Source: Spirochaetia bacterium (GTDB taxonomy: Bacteria; Spirochaetota; Spirochaetia; CADAEX01). From it: a stretch of 64,000 nt of DNA. The stretch lies in assembly GCA_017649605.1 (NCBI GenBank), contig JAGCGL010000049.1, forward strand, positions 11,402 through 75,401, in the 5' to 3' direction. The first letter of the stretch is position 1. The number at the start of each line of letters is the position of its first letter. Positions 9,027 through 17,608 of the stretch are shown here, in pieces. The position numbers were made by a program, and so were the translations under genes. The notes beneath the pieces were generated by a model that was given only the letters and a program-made list of their open reading frames with translations, made no database searches and was not told the DNA's origin.

Positions 9027-11503
9027 TGCAACCACATGAACTGCCGGTCTACCGGCACAAAGAGACAATATTAGAGTACATAAAAAATAATAAAGTAATA
9101 GTAATAGAGAGCCCCACAGGAAGCGGAAAGACAACCCAGCTTCCTATGATACTGTACGAGGCAGGGTTCTCCACCAACGGAATAATCGGCGTAACACAGC
9201 CACGGCGCATTGCAACACTTTCGGTATGCGACTATATAGCGCGCCAGCTGGGCTGCGAGGTTCCGGGCACTGTGGGCTACAAGATGCGGTTCGCAGACCA
9301 GACCATATCAAGCACCAAGATCAAGATAATGACAGACGGCATACTGCTGCAGGAGATCAAGTTCGACCCATACCTGTCGCAGTACAGCTGCATAATTGTG
9401 GACGAGGCACACGAGCGGAGCCTTAACATAGACTTCATACTCGGCCTTCTGAAGCGGATCTCCAATGTGCGGGACGACTTCAAGATAATCATATCGTCGG
9501 CAACCATAAACACATCGGTCTTCTCCGAATACTTCGGGGGCTGTCCCGTAGTCCACATCGACTCAAAGATGTATCCGGTGGGAGTTGTCTACGACCCAGT
9601 GCCTGAGGATGCAAGACCCGAGGAACTCCTGCTCAAGGTGGGGGACATTGTTGAGCGGTGCATCGGGGAGGAGCGCGAAGGAGACATCCTTATATTCCTT
9701 TCGGGCGAGAAGATGATAAAGGACTGCATAACTATGCTGGATGCAAGCCCAGTGCGGGACAAGCTTATGCTGCTGCCGCTGTACGGAAGGCTATCCAAGG
9801 AGGAGCAGGAGCGGATCTTCATAGAGACACCGCCAGACAAGACCAAGGTGATAGTGGCCACAAACATAGCAGAGACCAGTGTGACCATCGACGGAATCAC
9901 CACTGTAATTGACTCAGGCCTTGCCAAGATAAACACCTACAACACACGGACATTCACATCATCGCTTTTAGAGGCACCTATCTCAAAGGCATCGTGCAAC
10001 CAGCGGAAAGGAAGGGCCGGAAGAACACAGTCTGGCACATGCTACAGGCTCTACACCAAGCAGAGCTTCGAGAGCCGTGTCATGTTCACCAAGGAGGAGA
10101 TCTACCGCACCGACCTGTCAGAGGTTATCCTGCGGATGGCAGAGCTGGGAATCACCGATTTTGAGTCCTTCGACTTCATCTCTTCGCCCGAGAAGAACGG
10201 CATAAAGAGCGCCATCGAGACCCTTGTCATGCTGGATGCCCTCAACGACGACAACACACTGACAAAGATAGGCGAGATGATGGCGGCCTACCCTCTCCTG
10301 CCGCGGCTTTCACGCATGCTGGTGGAGGCTGTCCTCAAGTATCCAGATGTGATCGAGGAGACTATAATCGCTGTCACATTCCTCTCCACCAACAGCCCGT
10401 TCCTGCTGCCGCAGGGTATGGAGATGGAGGCGCGCAAGGCACACCATTCCTTCCGGAGCAAATATGGCGACTTCGTATCCTACATCGATATATACGACTC
10501 CTTTGTGAACGCCGAGCACAAGGAGGAATTCTGCGACTCAAACTTCCTGGACCTGAAGGTTATGAACGAGATTGTCAGCATCAAGGAGCAGCTTGAGGAT
10601 ATTGTGGGCGAGCAGGGAATCCCTGTATCTGGTGGCGGCAGTGTCGAGAACTACCTGAGCGCCGTGGCCAAGGGCCTTATCCAGTTCGTATGTGTACGCA
10701 CAGGAAAAGGTGCCTACTCAAGCCTTACCGCCGAGCGCATCTTCATCCATCCTGGCTCTGTAATGTTCCACGAGAACCCTGATTTCATCGTAGCCGGCGA
10801 GATAGTGCGCACCAGCCGCATGTATGCCCACTCTGTATCGCCGCTCAACACCGAGATACTCAAGAGGATATCGCCTGAGCTTGCCGCAAAGCTGACCACA
10901 GCCATCCAGAAGGAGGCCAAGGGGAAGGAGAAGGCAGACAACGCATGGCAGATCAAGATAGGCAACCAGTTCTTCGAGCTCAAGAAAGGCAAGGGAAACA
11001 AGAACAAGACTGCGATACTCCAGTGGGAGAATCTGGCCAAGGTGATCAAGTCGGGCTCGTTCGTTGTTGACCCGCAGTCCAAGGATCTCAAGTGCAAAGT
11101 TATGTGGCACGACATGGAGTTCCTTACAAATGAGAAGCTGCGGGATGTGAAGCGGATGATCCCATATATAAACCCGGACCGGAAGTTCAAAGAGGAGCTG
11201 CCTTTTGTGGGAAGCATAAGCGCGAACAAGCACTTCGACCAGCTGGCCGACTGCATGGATATACTCCTCTGGCTGTGTCCAAAGAAGAAGAACGGCAAGG
11301 TGCTGGGCTTCATGACACTGCACACCGACGAGAGGGGCAACTACTGGATCAAGTCGGACCGGAGCTTCGACAACTCGGTGCTCACAACACTGGGAAGCCT
11401 CGAGATGCTTATGGACCAGGTGCCTGAAAAGGCAAACCCCAAGAGCATAAATAAGGTGAACTCAACCTACCGGTTCTTCAGCGAGATACTGAAAAAGTAC
11501 TAA
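9026..11503 (+). CDS. hrpA: DEAH-box RNA helicase, HrpA family
   Basis: SPTGSGKTT, TQPRR, DEAH, SAT, TNIAETS and QRKGRAGR motifs; 825 aa, the short spirochaete form. Confidence 0.92.
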   Translation: MQPHELPVYRHKETILEYIKNNKVIVIESPTGSGKTTQLPMILYEAGFSTNGIIGVTQPRRIATLSVCDYIARQLGCEVPGTVGYKMRFADQTISSTKIKIMTDGILLQEIKFDPYLSQYSCIIVDEAHERSLNIDFILGLLKRISNVRDDFKIIISSATINTSVFSEYFGGCPVVHIDSKMYPVGVVYDPVPEDARPEELLLKVGDIVERCIGEEREGDILIFLSGEKMIKDCITMLDASPVRDKLMLLPLYGRLSKEEQERIFIETPPDKTKVIVATNIAETSVTIDGITTVIDSGLAKINTYNTRTFTSSLLEAPISKASCNQRKGRAGRTQSGTCYRLYTKQSFESRVMFTKEEIYRTDLSEVILRMAELGITDFESFDFISSPEKNGIKSAIETLVMLDALNDDNTLTKIGEMMAAYPLLPRLSRMLVEAVLKYPDVIEETIIAVTFLSTNSPFLLPQGMEMEARKAHHSFRSKYGDFVSYIDIYDSFVNAEHKEEFCDSNFLDLKVMNEIVSIKEQLEDIVGEQGIPVSGGGSVENYLSAVAKGLIQFVCVRTGKGAYSSLTAERIFIHPGSVMFHENPDFIVAGEIVRTSRMYAHSVSPLNTEILKRISPELAAKLTTAIQKEAKGKEKADNAWQIKIGNQFFELKKGKGNKNKTAILQWENLAKVIKSGSFVVDPQSKDLKCKVMWHDMEFLTNEKLRDVKRMIPYINPDRKFKEELPFVGSISANKHFDQLADCMDILLWLCPKKKNGKVLGFMTLHTDERGNYWIKSDRSFDNSVLTTLGSLEMLMDQVPEKANPKSINKVNSTYRFFSEILKKY

Positions 11504-11895
11504 AGGACAGAAACTCCCAGAGATTTTGCCAGAGCCTTGAACTTCTTGTCCGTGGTCAGAAGAGTTGCCCCGTTGTGCCGGGCAAGCACCAAATAGAACA
11601 TATCGTAGATGTTGTGTTCCAGCCGTATTCCCTCGTGCAGGGCTTCTATTGCCAGCTCGCTGGTGTCAGTGTATTCATCCACCATCTGCAGGAGATAAGC
11701 GAGAGTCTTCCTTGCATTCTCCTCATCTACCGCACCATTCCGTGCATATTTCCAAAGCACATTGGTCACCTCAGAGTCAAACAAAGTGGGTGCAATAACT
11801 TTCTCTGCACCAGCAACCGCATTCATGAAGAGACTATATTTAGGCCCATGAAAAGCAATCTCAAAGGCAGCGCAGGTATCTAAAACATAAATCAT
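11500..11895 (-). CDS. vapC: PIN-domain toxin, VapC family
   Basis: YVLDT...E...N...YDMFYLVLA...LLTTD PIN acidic residues; ATGA-coupled to the upstream small gene. Confidence 0.9.
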   Translation of the reverse strand: MIYVLDTCAAFEIAFHGPKYSLFMNAVAGAEKVIAPTLFDSEVTNVLWKYARNGAVDEENARKTLAYLLQMVDEYTDTSELAIEALHEGIRLEHNIYDMFYLVLARHNGATLLTTDKKFKALAKSLGVSVL

Positions 11896-12164
11896 CTGAG
11901 CCTGCCTCCCCTACTGAGACCATCCCTGTCCTGCCGCACCAGATCAGCTGGAGAAGGGGAATGGGAAGGCAGATGAAGTTCCAGAGCATCAAGATCATTC
12001 AGCACCCTGCGGCGCCGTGCGCCGTTCTTGTTATCATCTGCGTTTAATATGGAAGTAAGCAGGAAAATAACCTGCTGGGGAACTGTACGGTTCTGCTCCT
12101 TGGCCACCTGAGCCAGAATCTGATATGTCTCCTGGGGAAAATCCCGGACCTGTAATAATGCCAT
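11892..12164 (-). CDS. Ribbon-helix-helix antitoxin (FitA/VapB-like), 90 aa
   Basis: MALLQVRDFPQETYQILAQVAKEQNRTV RHH pattern and C-terminal LVRQDRD; start at 12164 after AGGAG. Confidence 0.85.
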   Translation of the reverse strand: MALLQVRDFPQETYQILAQVAKEQNRTVPQQVIFLLTSILNADDNKNGARRRRVLNDLDALELHLPSHSPSPADLVRQDRDGLSRGGRLR

Positions 12165-12173
12165 AACTGCTCC

Positions 12174-12238
12174 TTGTATGCAAAATGATATCAACTTGCA
12201 TACAAAAATAATATAAGCTATTTTATGGCTGTTGTCAA
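12174..12238 (-). promoter_or_regulatory. vapBC promoter and palindromic operator
   Basis: TTGACA-17-TATATT (12238-12210), followed by TTGTATGCAA-aa-TGATATCA-ac-TTGCATACAA (12174-12205). Confidence 0.8.
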
Positions 12239-12241
12239 ATA

Positions 12242-12691
12242 TCACCACTCGATATAAGGCACACCCAGCCCCTCCTCCAGCCACTGGGCAATCTCGGATG
12301 CGATGTTGTCAAGCTTCTGGTTCTGACTGCGCCCGGTAATAGAGCACTCCCACACCACCCCTACTCTCCAGCCCAGATCCAACAGGGCGGAGATATTCTC
12401 CTGATCACGCTGCCTGTTGCGGGCAAACTTATGGCGCCAGAACGCCACATGGGTGGATGGCACACGGAACTTGGAGCAGTACCTGTGGCCGTGCCAGAAA
12501 CAGCCGTTCACAAATACCACTGCATGGAACTTGGGGAACACGATATCAGGAGATCCCGGCAGCTTCCTGCAGTTCTTGCGGAAACGCAGTCCCAGGGCAA
12601 ACAGACGGCTCCGGAGCAGAACCTCTGGTTTTGAGATACTTTTTATGTGGGACATGTTGTTGTGCCGGGCCTCAGGCGAAAGGTGATCCAT
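12242..12691 (-). CDS. vsr: Very short patch repair endonuclease
   Basis: MDHLSPEARHNNMSHIK, LPGSPDIV, FVNGCFWHGH, FW..K..RN..RD and VWEC motifs. Confidence 0.93.
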   Translation of the reverse strand: MDHLSPEARHNNMSHIKSISKPEVLLRSRLFALGLRFRKNCRKLPGSPDIVFPKFHAVVFVNGCFWHGHRYCSKFRVPSTHVAFWRHKFARNRQRDQENISALLDLGWRVGVVWECSITGRSQNQKLDNIASEIAQWLEEGLGVPYIEW

Positions 12692-12739
12692 ATGAAAAGT
12701 ATACCACATAAAACATTTTTAAAAAAGTTTTCAGGAAAT

Positions 12740-12767
12740 TGAAGCAAAATGAATTTTTTTTGAGTAT
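12740..12767 (+). promoter_or_regulatory. Putative alternative-sigma (ECF-like) promoter, copy 1
   Basis: TGAAGC-AAAATGAATTTTTTTT-GAGTAT upstream of the Rpn gene; the same motif recurs at 33777-33804 and 60971-60998. Confidence 0.6.
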
Positions 12768-12798
12768 GTACATGTAGTTCAATTTTAGGAGGACTACT

Positions 12799-13782
12799 AT
12801 GAAAGAAAAAATTTTCATACCAAAAGACAAGAAGCTGCTTGATCCCAAGGTGGACAGCACATTCAAATCCCTCTTCACACATGAAGGGGCCGGGTCAAAG
12901 ATTGCCCTGAAGAGCCTGGTGACCGCAATCATAGGCTATGAGCCAGAGACTGTGGAGGTCATAAACAACGAGCTTCCAAAGGAGCTTATCTATGCCAAGG
13001 ACATACGGCTTGACCTGCAGTGCAAGATGCCGGACGGAAGCAGGATAAATGTGGAGATGCAGACCTGTCTGAGCAATGACAATCTCAAAAACCGCGCGCT
13101 GTACTACGGGTGCAGGATGATGGGCGGAATAGAAATGCAGGGAAAGCCTTACAGCATACTGCCGAAGGTCTACCATGTCATGTTCACCAACTTCGGGCTG
13201 TTCGACAGAAGCGGGGAATACATGAGGAAATTCATTCTTCAGAGCGGCAGCACAGTGCTCTCCGACTGCTTCCAGATCATATTCATCCAGATGCCGTTCC
13301 TAGAGATCAGCAGCACAGATATCAGCAACTTGCTAGATATAGAAAAATGGATTATATTTTTAAGAGACAGTTCAGATAAAGATAAAAGAGACCTCCTTAA
13401 CCGCATTATGGGCAGCAACAAAGGAATAAAGGAGGCAGGAGAGATTCTGATGACCATAAGCGATGATGAAAGAGAATGGGCGATACAGGAGATGAGATAC
13501 AAGGCCGAGGTTGACCGCGAGGCCTTCCGCATTGCTGCTCATGACAAAGGCCTTGCTGAAGGACGTGCCGAGGGCCGGGAAGAAGGACTGGCAGAAGGTC
13601 GCGCTGAAGGGCTCAAAGAGGGATTGGCAGAAGGTCGCGCTGAAGGACTCAAAGAGGGATTGGCAGAAGGCCGGGAAGAGGGACTGGAGGCTGCAGCCAG
13701 AGGAATGAAGGCCGAGGGCATTCCTGCCGAGACAATAATAAAGATCACAGGGCTGAGTGCAGAGCAGGTTGAGGCGCTTTAA
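12799..13782 (+). CDS. Rpn family PD-(D/E)XK nuclease (putative transposase)
   Basis: LLDPKVDSTFKSLF, RLD...INVEMQ, RALYY, EG-repeat tail and C-terminal IIKITGLS; AGGAGG RBS. Confidence 0.92.
   Translation: MKEKIFIPKDKKLLDPKVDSTFKSLFTHEGAGSKIALKSLVTAIIGYEPETVEVINNELPKELIYAKDIRLDLQCKMPDGSRINVEMQTCLSNDNLKNRALYYGCRMMGGIEMQGKPYSILPKVYHVMFTNFGLFDRSGEYMRKFILQSGSTVLSDCFQIIFIQMPFLEISSTDISNLLDIEKWIIFLRDSSDKDKRDLLNRIMGSNKGIKEAGEILMTISDDEREWAIQEMRYKAEVDREAFRIAAHDKGLAEGRAEGREEGLAEGRAEGLKEGLAEGRAEGLKEGLAEGREEGLEAAARGMKAEGIPAETIIKITGLSAEQVEAL
13450..13782 (+). CDS. Putative internally initiated RpnS-like small protein (110 aa)
   Basis: In-frame ATG (MTISDDERE) with GGAGGCAGGAGA ending 7 nt upstream. Confidence 0.55.
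   Translation: MTISDDEREWAIQEMRYKAEVDREAFRIAAHDKGLAEGRAEGREEGLAEGRAEGLKEGLAEGRAEGLKEGLAEGREEGLEAAARGMKAEGIPAETIIKITGLSAEQVEAL
13549..13686 (+). repeat. Coding tandem repeat (12-bp subunits, 36-bp higher-order unit) in the Rpn tail
   Basis: TGGCAGAAGGTCGCGCTGAAGG(G/A)CTCAAAGAGGGAT at 13589 and 13625, partial at 13661; encodes EGLA/EGRA/EGLK units. Confidence 0.9.
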
Positions 13783-13811
13783 CTTGCAGGAAGCCTGGCA
13801 ATAGCATCAAC

Positions 13812-13833
13812 AAAGCCCCGATATCGGGGCTTT
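13812..13833. terminator. Probable bidirectional intrinsic terminator
   Basis: AAAGCCCCG-ATAT-CGGGGCTTT between convergent genes. Confidence 0.75.
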
Positions 13834-13861
13834 ATCAGTAGCTGATATTTTAGATCGTTTG

Positions 13862-14071
13862 TCAGATCAAAAGCATATTCTCTTTCATTGCATCATTTTC
13901 ATCAACAAAGACTGTTTGCATTTTGCCACAACAGATAGTATTTACTTCATAATTTATATCAGGAAAACCAGCACCAGCATAATTAACAAAATCAACTGTT
14001 GCTTCATGAACACATTGTTCTTTATCACAATACCAGAAAATAGTGTCACCAACTCTAAACTTTGCTTTCAT
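13862..14071 (-). CDS. Small hypothetical protein (69 aa, possibly SH3-like beta-barrel)
   Basis: ATGA overlap with the DUF2075 gene; KFRVGD N-terminus and alternating beta-strand pattern. Confidence 0.65.
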   Translation of the reverse strand: MKAKFRVGDTIFWYCDKEQCVHEATVDFVNYAGAGFPDINYEVNTICCGKMQTVFVDENDAMKENMLLI

Positions 14072-16116
14072 ATTATCTCCAAACCAATTTGTTTTAAATA
14101 TTCATAGGTTGGATCATAATAATCTGGTTTTCTTGTTTCGTCTTTATCAGAACCTTCCGGAACAACTATTATCATACCATGGCGAGCCCTAGTTAATAAA
14201 ACACGATATGCATTTAATTGGTACTTTTTCCGTTCTTCTGCCTTAACATACTGCCATTTACTTCCTGTAAATGAATAATTCTGCCAACCACCCTCGGAAT
14301 ATCGGAAATCACCATCCCAAATAACACAAGACCAATCAAGTTCTAGACCTTGAATATCAAACTCAGTTGCAACATCCTCAAGAAAAAGAGATGAACGGAT
14401 ATCATCTTTATCATCCAAGAACCAATGTACTGTATCAGGTTTAAAACGCACATCTATAGCTAATGGTTTAAGTCTATATGCTTGAGAAGAAACTATCATT
14501 CCATAACGTTCCGAACCTCTAGCTTTTTGCCGTAACCAATCTTTAGCCTTTTCAAGTGAACGTGTTAGGATAATTGGATATGCAGTTTTTATTTCTCTAT
14601 ATAGTTCCTTAGTTTTTTGAATATTCAAATCCAAAAGCTCATGAACAAAGCTTGAAACCTTTTCAGACCGGAATGAACGCATTGAAACAGCAAGATGTAA
14701 AGCTGGGTTTTCAATGACATTCTTATTATTTGACAATAACTGTTTTACTTTTCCTTCTGCATATTCTTTTTCTGTAAGCTGATTTGAAATATATATTTTC
14801 CAATTGTTGAATTTTTCGTTAAGAGAACGAATCCATTCTGAAATACCAGCTTCCCCTGTATTAATCTCTTGTCCACCTCCGACAAGGCAGATAATTACTG
14901 CCCAGTCTGGTCTCTGGTCCAACGACCATATAAGAAACTCAGGTTCGGAATAAGGGAAATTATTAATATGTTTTTTTCTTTTCAGCCAACTAGATAATTG
15001 TTCTTGAGTCCACGCCCTTTGAGCCTCATCAAAAATGGCAACATGCTCTACTTCGGCATATCCATCGCCTTCGTGTTTCTTAATTTTTGTTTTATCTATT
15101 TCTATTGAATCATTAATGATTGGGATTTTAATTTTCTCAAGAAATGTATTCCGGTAATGGTGAACAATCTGAATAAAAGAATGTACTTCACGTCTTGCTT
15201 GTGTAATTGGATATTTCTCATTCTTTTTCTGTTCTTCTTGTTGTTTTTTATCTCTTGCCAAAGCTTCTGTAAGTACACTTACAAGTGGAAAGTTTCCAGA
15301 AAGATAAACAGCTAAATCCTTTTTTTCTGTCCGCTCTATTGCAACCTTCAATCCAACCAATGTCTTTCCAGCACCTGGAACACCAGTAACAAAGCAAATT
15401 GCTTTTTCATTATTTTGTTTCGTTTTTTCAATTATATCTAAAATATAATTATTACTTTTTATTAGATTTTCTGCTGAAGCCTCTGTTCTAGTAATATCTG
15501 CAACATTTTGGTTATTGAATAATGCACTTGCAGCTTGGATAATTGTAGGGGTTGGAGAATACCTGCTATTCGCCCAATCTAAAAGATTATCATGACAGTC
15601 TTTTTTATTTTTTTCTAATATTATTTTAATAATTGAGCTGAGACTATCTTTATTTGAACAAATCGGCTCATAAACATTATCATCATACTGACATTGTACA
15701 TACTTATATGAACGCTCATTAGCCTCTGTTGCAATTAAAATTGGGACAATTATTTTATCATGACTAGCTTCATGAAAATTCTTCAGATCCAAAGCATAAT
15801 CCCAGACTTGCTCACTATCACTAATCAAATATGCTTTTTCACCAACTTTAAATTCTAGAACAAATATTATTCCATGAAAAACTAAAACAACATCAGCTCT
15901 TTTCCCTAATCGGGGAATTGAATATTCAAAAGCAATACGGCCTTCTGCAAAATTTTTAACAACATCTTTCATTATTGCTATTTCATCAAGCCAAGCTTCT
16001 ATTTGTAGAGAATTTGAATCAAATGAATTATCTTTAACAATTATACCTAAAATTTCATTCTCTGATTGCGAAAGAAATTTAGAAAAAGAGTCTTCGTAAT
16101 AATATCGTTCCAACAT
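14068..16116 (-). CDS. DUF2075 family nuclease-helicase (Nhi/Schlafen-group-3-like)
   Basis: N-terminal RADVV...VLEFK nuclease-like motif, GVPGAGKT Walker A, IFDEAQR, EFDIQGLELD, NAYRVLLTRAR; visibly AT-rich. Confidence 0.88.
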   Translation of the reverse strand: MLERYYYEDSFSKFLSQSENEILGIIVKDNSFDSNSLQIEAWLDEIAIMKDVVKNFAEGRIAFEYSIPRLGKRADVVLVFHGIIFVLEFKVGEKAYLISDSEQVWDYALDLKNFHEASHDKIIVPILIATEANERSYKYVQCQYDDNVYEPICSNKDSLSSIIKIILEKNKKDCHDNLLDWANSRYSPTPTIIQAASALFNNQNVADITRTEASAENLIKSNNYILDIIEKTKQNNEKAICFVTGVPGAGKTLVGLKVAIERTEKKDLAVYLSGNFPLVSVLTEALARDKKQQEEQKKNEKYPITQARREVHSFIQIVHHYRNTFLEKIKIPIINDSIEIDKTKIKKHEGDGYAEVEHVAIFDEAQRAWTQEQLSSWLKRKKHINNFPYSEPEFLIWSLDQRPDWAVIICLVGGGQEINTGEAGISEWIRSLNEKFNNWKIYISNQLTEKEYAEGKVKQLLSNNKNVIENPALHLAVSMRSFRSEKVSSFVHELLDLNIQKTKELYREIKTAYPIILTRSLEKAKDWLRQKARGSERYGMIVSSQAYRLKPLAIDVRFKPDTVHWFLDDKDDIRSSLFLEDVATEFDIQGLELDWSCVIWDGDFRYSEGGWQNYSFTGSKWQYVKAEERKKYQLNAYRVLLTRARHGMIIVVPEGSDKDETRKPDYYDPTYEYLKQIGLEII

Positions 16117-16174
16117 GGTAATATTTTATTCCATTAATTGAAAAAAAACTACTAAAAAATTATACTTCTCCCAT

Positions 16175-16561
16175 ATGAAGACCATCCATGTTGTAGCAGC
16201 CATCATTATCCGGGACCACAAGGTATTTGCCACACAGCGGGGCTACGGCGAATTCAAGGACGGCTGGGAGTTCCCCGGCGGCAAGGTGGAACCAGGCGAG
16301 GCTCCTCAGGATGCACTCAAGAGGGAGATCCGAGAGGAACTGGCCACCGAGATAGAGGTAGGCAACTACATCGACACAATAGAGCACGACTACCCTGCCT
16401 TCCATCTCTCTATGGAATGCTACGCCTGCTCTGTAGTCTCCGGCAAGCTTGAGCTGCTGGAACACGAAAACGCTATCTGGCTGTCAAAAGAAACCCTGCG
16501 TACTGTCTCATGGCTCCCGGCTGATATATCTATACTAGATAAGATAGAAAGATTACTTTGA
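16175..16561 (+). CDS. Nudix (d)NTP pyrophosphohydrolase, MutT/NudG-like
   Basis: WEFPGGKVEPGE.....LKREIREE Nudix box and WLPAD. Confidence 0.93.
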   Translation: MKTIHVVAAIIIRDHKVFATQRGYGEFKDGWEFPGGKVEPGEAPQDALKREIREELATEIEVGNYIDTIEHDYPAFHLSMECYACSVVSGKLELLEHENAIWLSKETLRTVSWLPADISILDKIERLL

Positions 16562-16720
16562 ATTATTGTACCTTTCGTCAAATATCTCGTCCCGATAATC
16601 TTTAGTAATCCAATCTTTTGCACCTGGTTTAAGCTTTAAATCCAGGGGTTCCCAGTCAGTAAATGAATCCTTTTTATCCTGCTGTTCTTTTATATTGTTG
16701 TCTTCAGTTGTTTTGTCCAT
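16553..16720 (-). CDS. 55-aa small protein missing from the ORF track
   Basis: AAGGGAG RBS, then ATG: MDKTTEDNNIKEQQDKKDSFTDWEPLDLKLKPGAKDWITKDYRDEIFDERYNNSK; starts 15 nt after the DUF2971 stop. Confidence 0.55.
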   Translation of the reverse strand: MDKTTEDNNIKEQQDKKDSFTDWEPLDLKLKPGAKDWITKDYRDEIFDERYNNSK

Positions 16721-16735
16721 TTTTTCTCCCTTTCA

Positions 16736-17608
16736 CTAATAATTAAAAATAATTGGCTCTTTAATCAATTTATATTCATCATAATCCGGTTTAACTCTAT
16801 AAAAATTTACTGTTTTATTTTGTGTCTTCAGTATTTCATAAATGATACGAGCTTTATCTGCGTCAACATTATATCCAAAAATTATCTCTGCAAGAGTATC
16901 ATATGGATAGAAAATTTTCGTTTCAAATAAATCGTCAGTTTTTATTAAAGGATTATCAACACAAATTGCCCGATATTCATTTTCTGATTCCCAGCACTTC
17001 TTTTTGTGAACCAAATAGTATGAAAGAATTTCATTCTGCTTTTTCAAATCACCGAAAGGTGATATTTTAAATCTGCCTTCATTATCATACATTATTTTTT
17101 TAAAGGGGATGTAGTCATCACAGTATCTAGAACTACAATTTTTCATATTAATTGAATTCTGAGAATATTTTATAAAATGTACTTTTGGTATCCCATTTTC
17201 TTCCACACAGTTATATCCAATACATATACCAGTATAAGCCCCACCATATAACCCCCACATCTGTTCATTAAGACAATCTGAAGTTAGGCTTAGTATATGA
17301 TTACTATTTGAAAACATTTCAATCAATTGATTTTTTTTAGAAGAATTTTCTGCTAAAAAAACTTTCAATTCTTCAATGTTTGAAAACTGTCCTTTTGGAT
17401 TTGTAATTTTATTATCTATAAATGCTTTATATTCTTCATCTGATGCTTTAAAATCAATTTTCATTCTACAATCAAAAGGATCATTAAGTTCAGATGGGCG
17501 AGAAAAATATAGATAATTATTTTCCAAAGAGTCTAATGTGTATTCAAAGCATTTAGAATCCGAAATATTTCTATATTTATAAAGAATCATCAAAGCTTCT
17601 TTAATCAC
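16736..17608 (-). CDS. DUF2971 domain protein
   Basis: LYKYR, YFSRPSELNDPFD, SLT...MWGLYG...GICIGY, K...WESENEYR and EIIFG motifs; AT-rich; start is GTG 17608 or ATG 17590. Confidence 0.85.
   Translation of the reverse strand: MIKEALMILYKYRNISDSKCFEYTLDSLENNYLYFSRPSELNDPFDCRMKIDFKASDEEYKAFIDNKITNPKGQFSNIEELKVFLAENSSKKNQLIEMFSNSNHILSLTSDCLNEQMWGLYGGAYTGICIGYNCVEENGIPKVHFIKYSQNSINMKNCSSRYCDDYIPFKKIMYDNEGRFKISPFGDLKKQNEILSYYLVHKKKCWESENEYRAICVDNPLIKTDDLFETKIFYPYDTLAEIIFGYNVDADKARIIYEILKTQNKTVNFYRVKPDYDEYKLIKEPIIFNY

Noticed and set aside
13549-13690. 36-bp periodic repeats resembling a CRISPR array
   Set aside because: Units are contiguous without unique spacers, in frame within the Rpn tail, and no cas genes are present.
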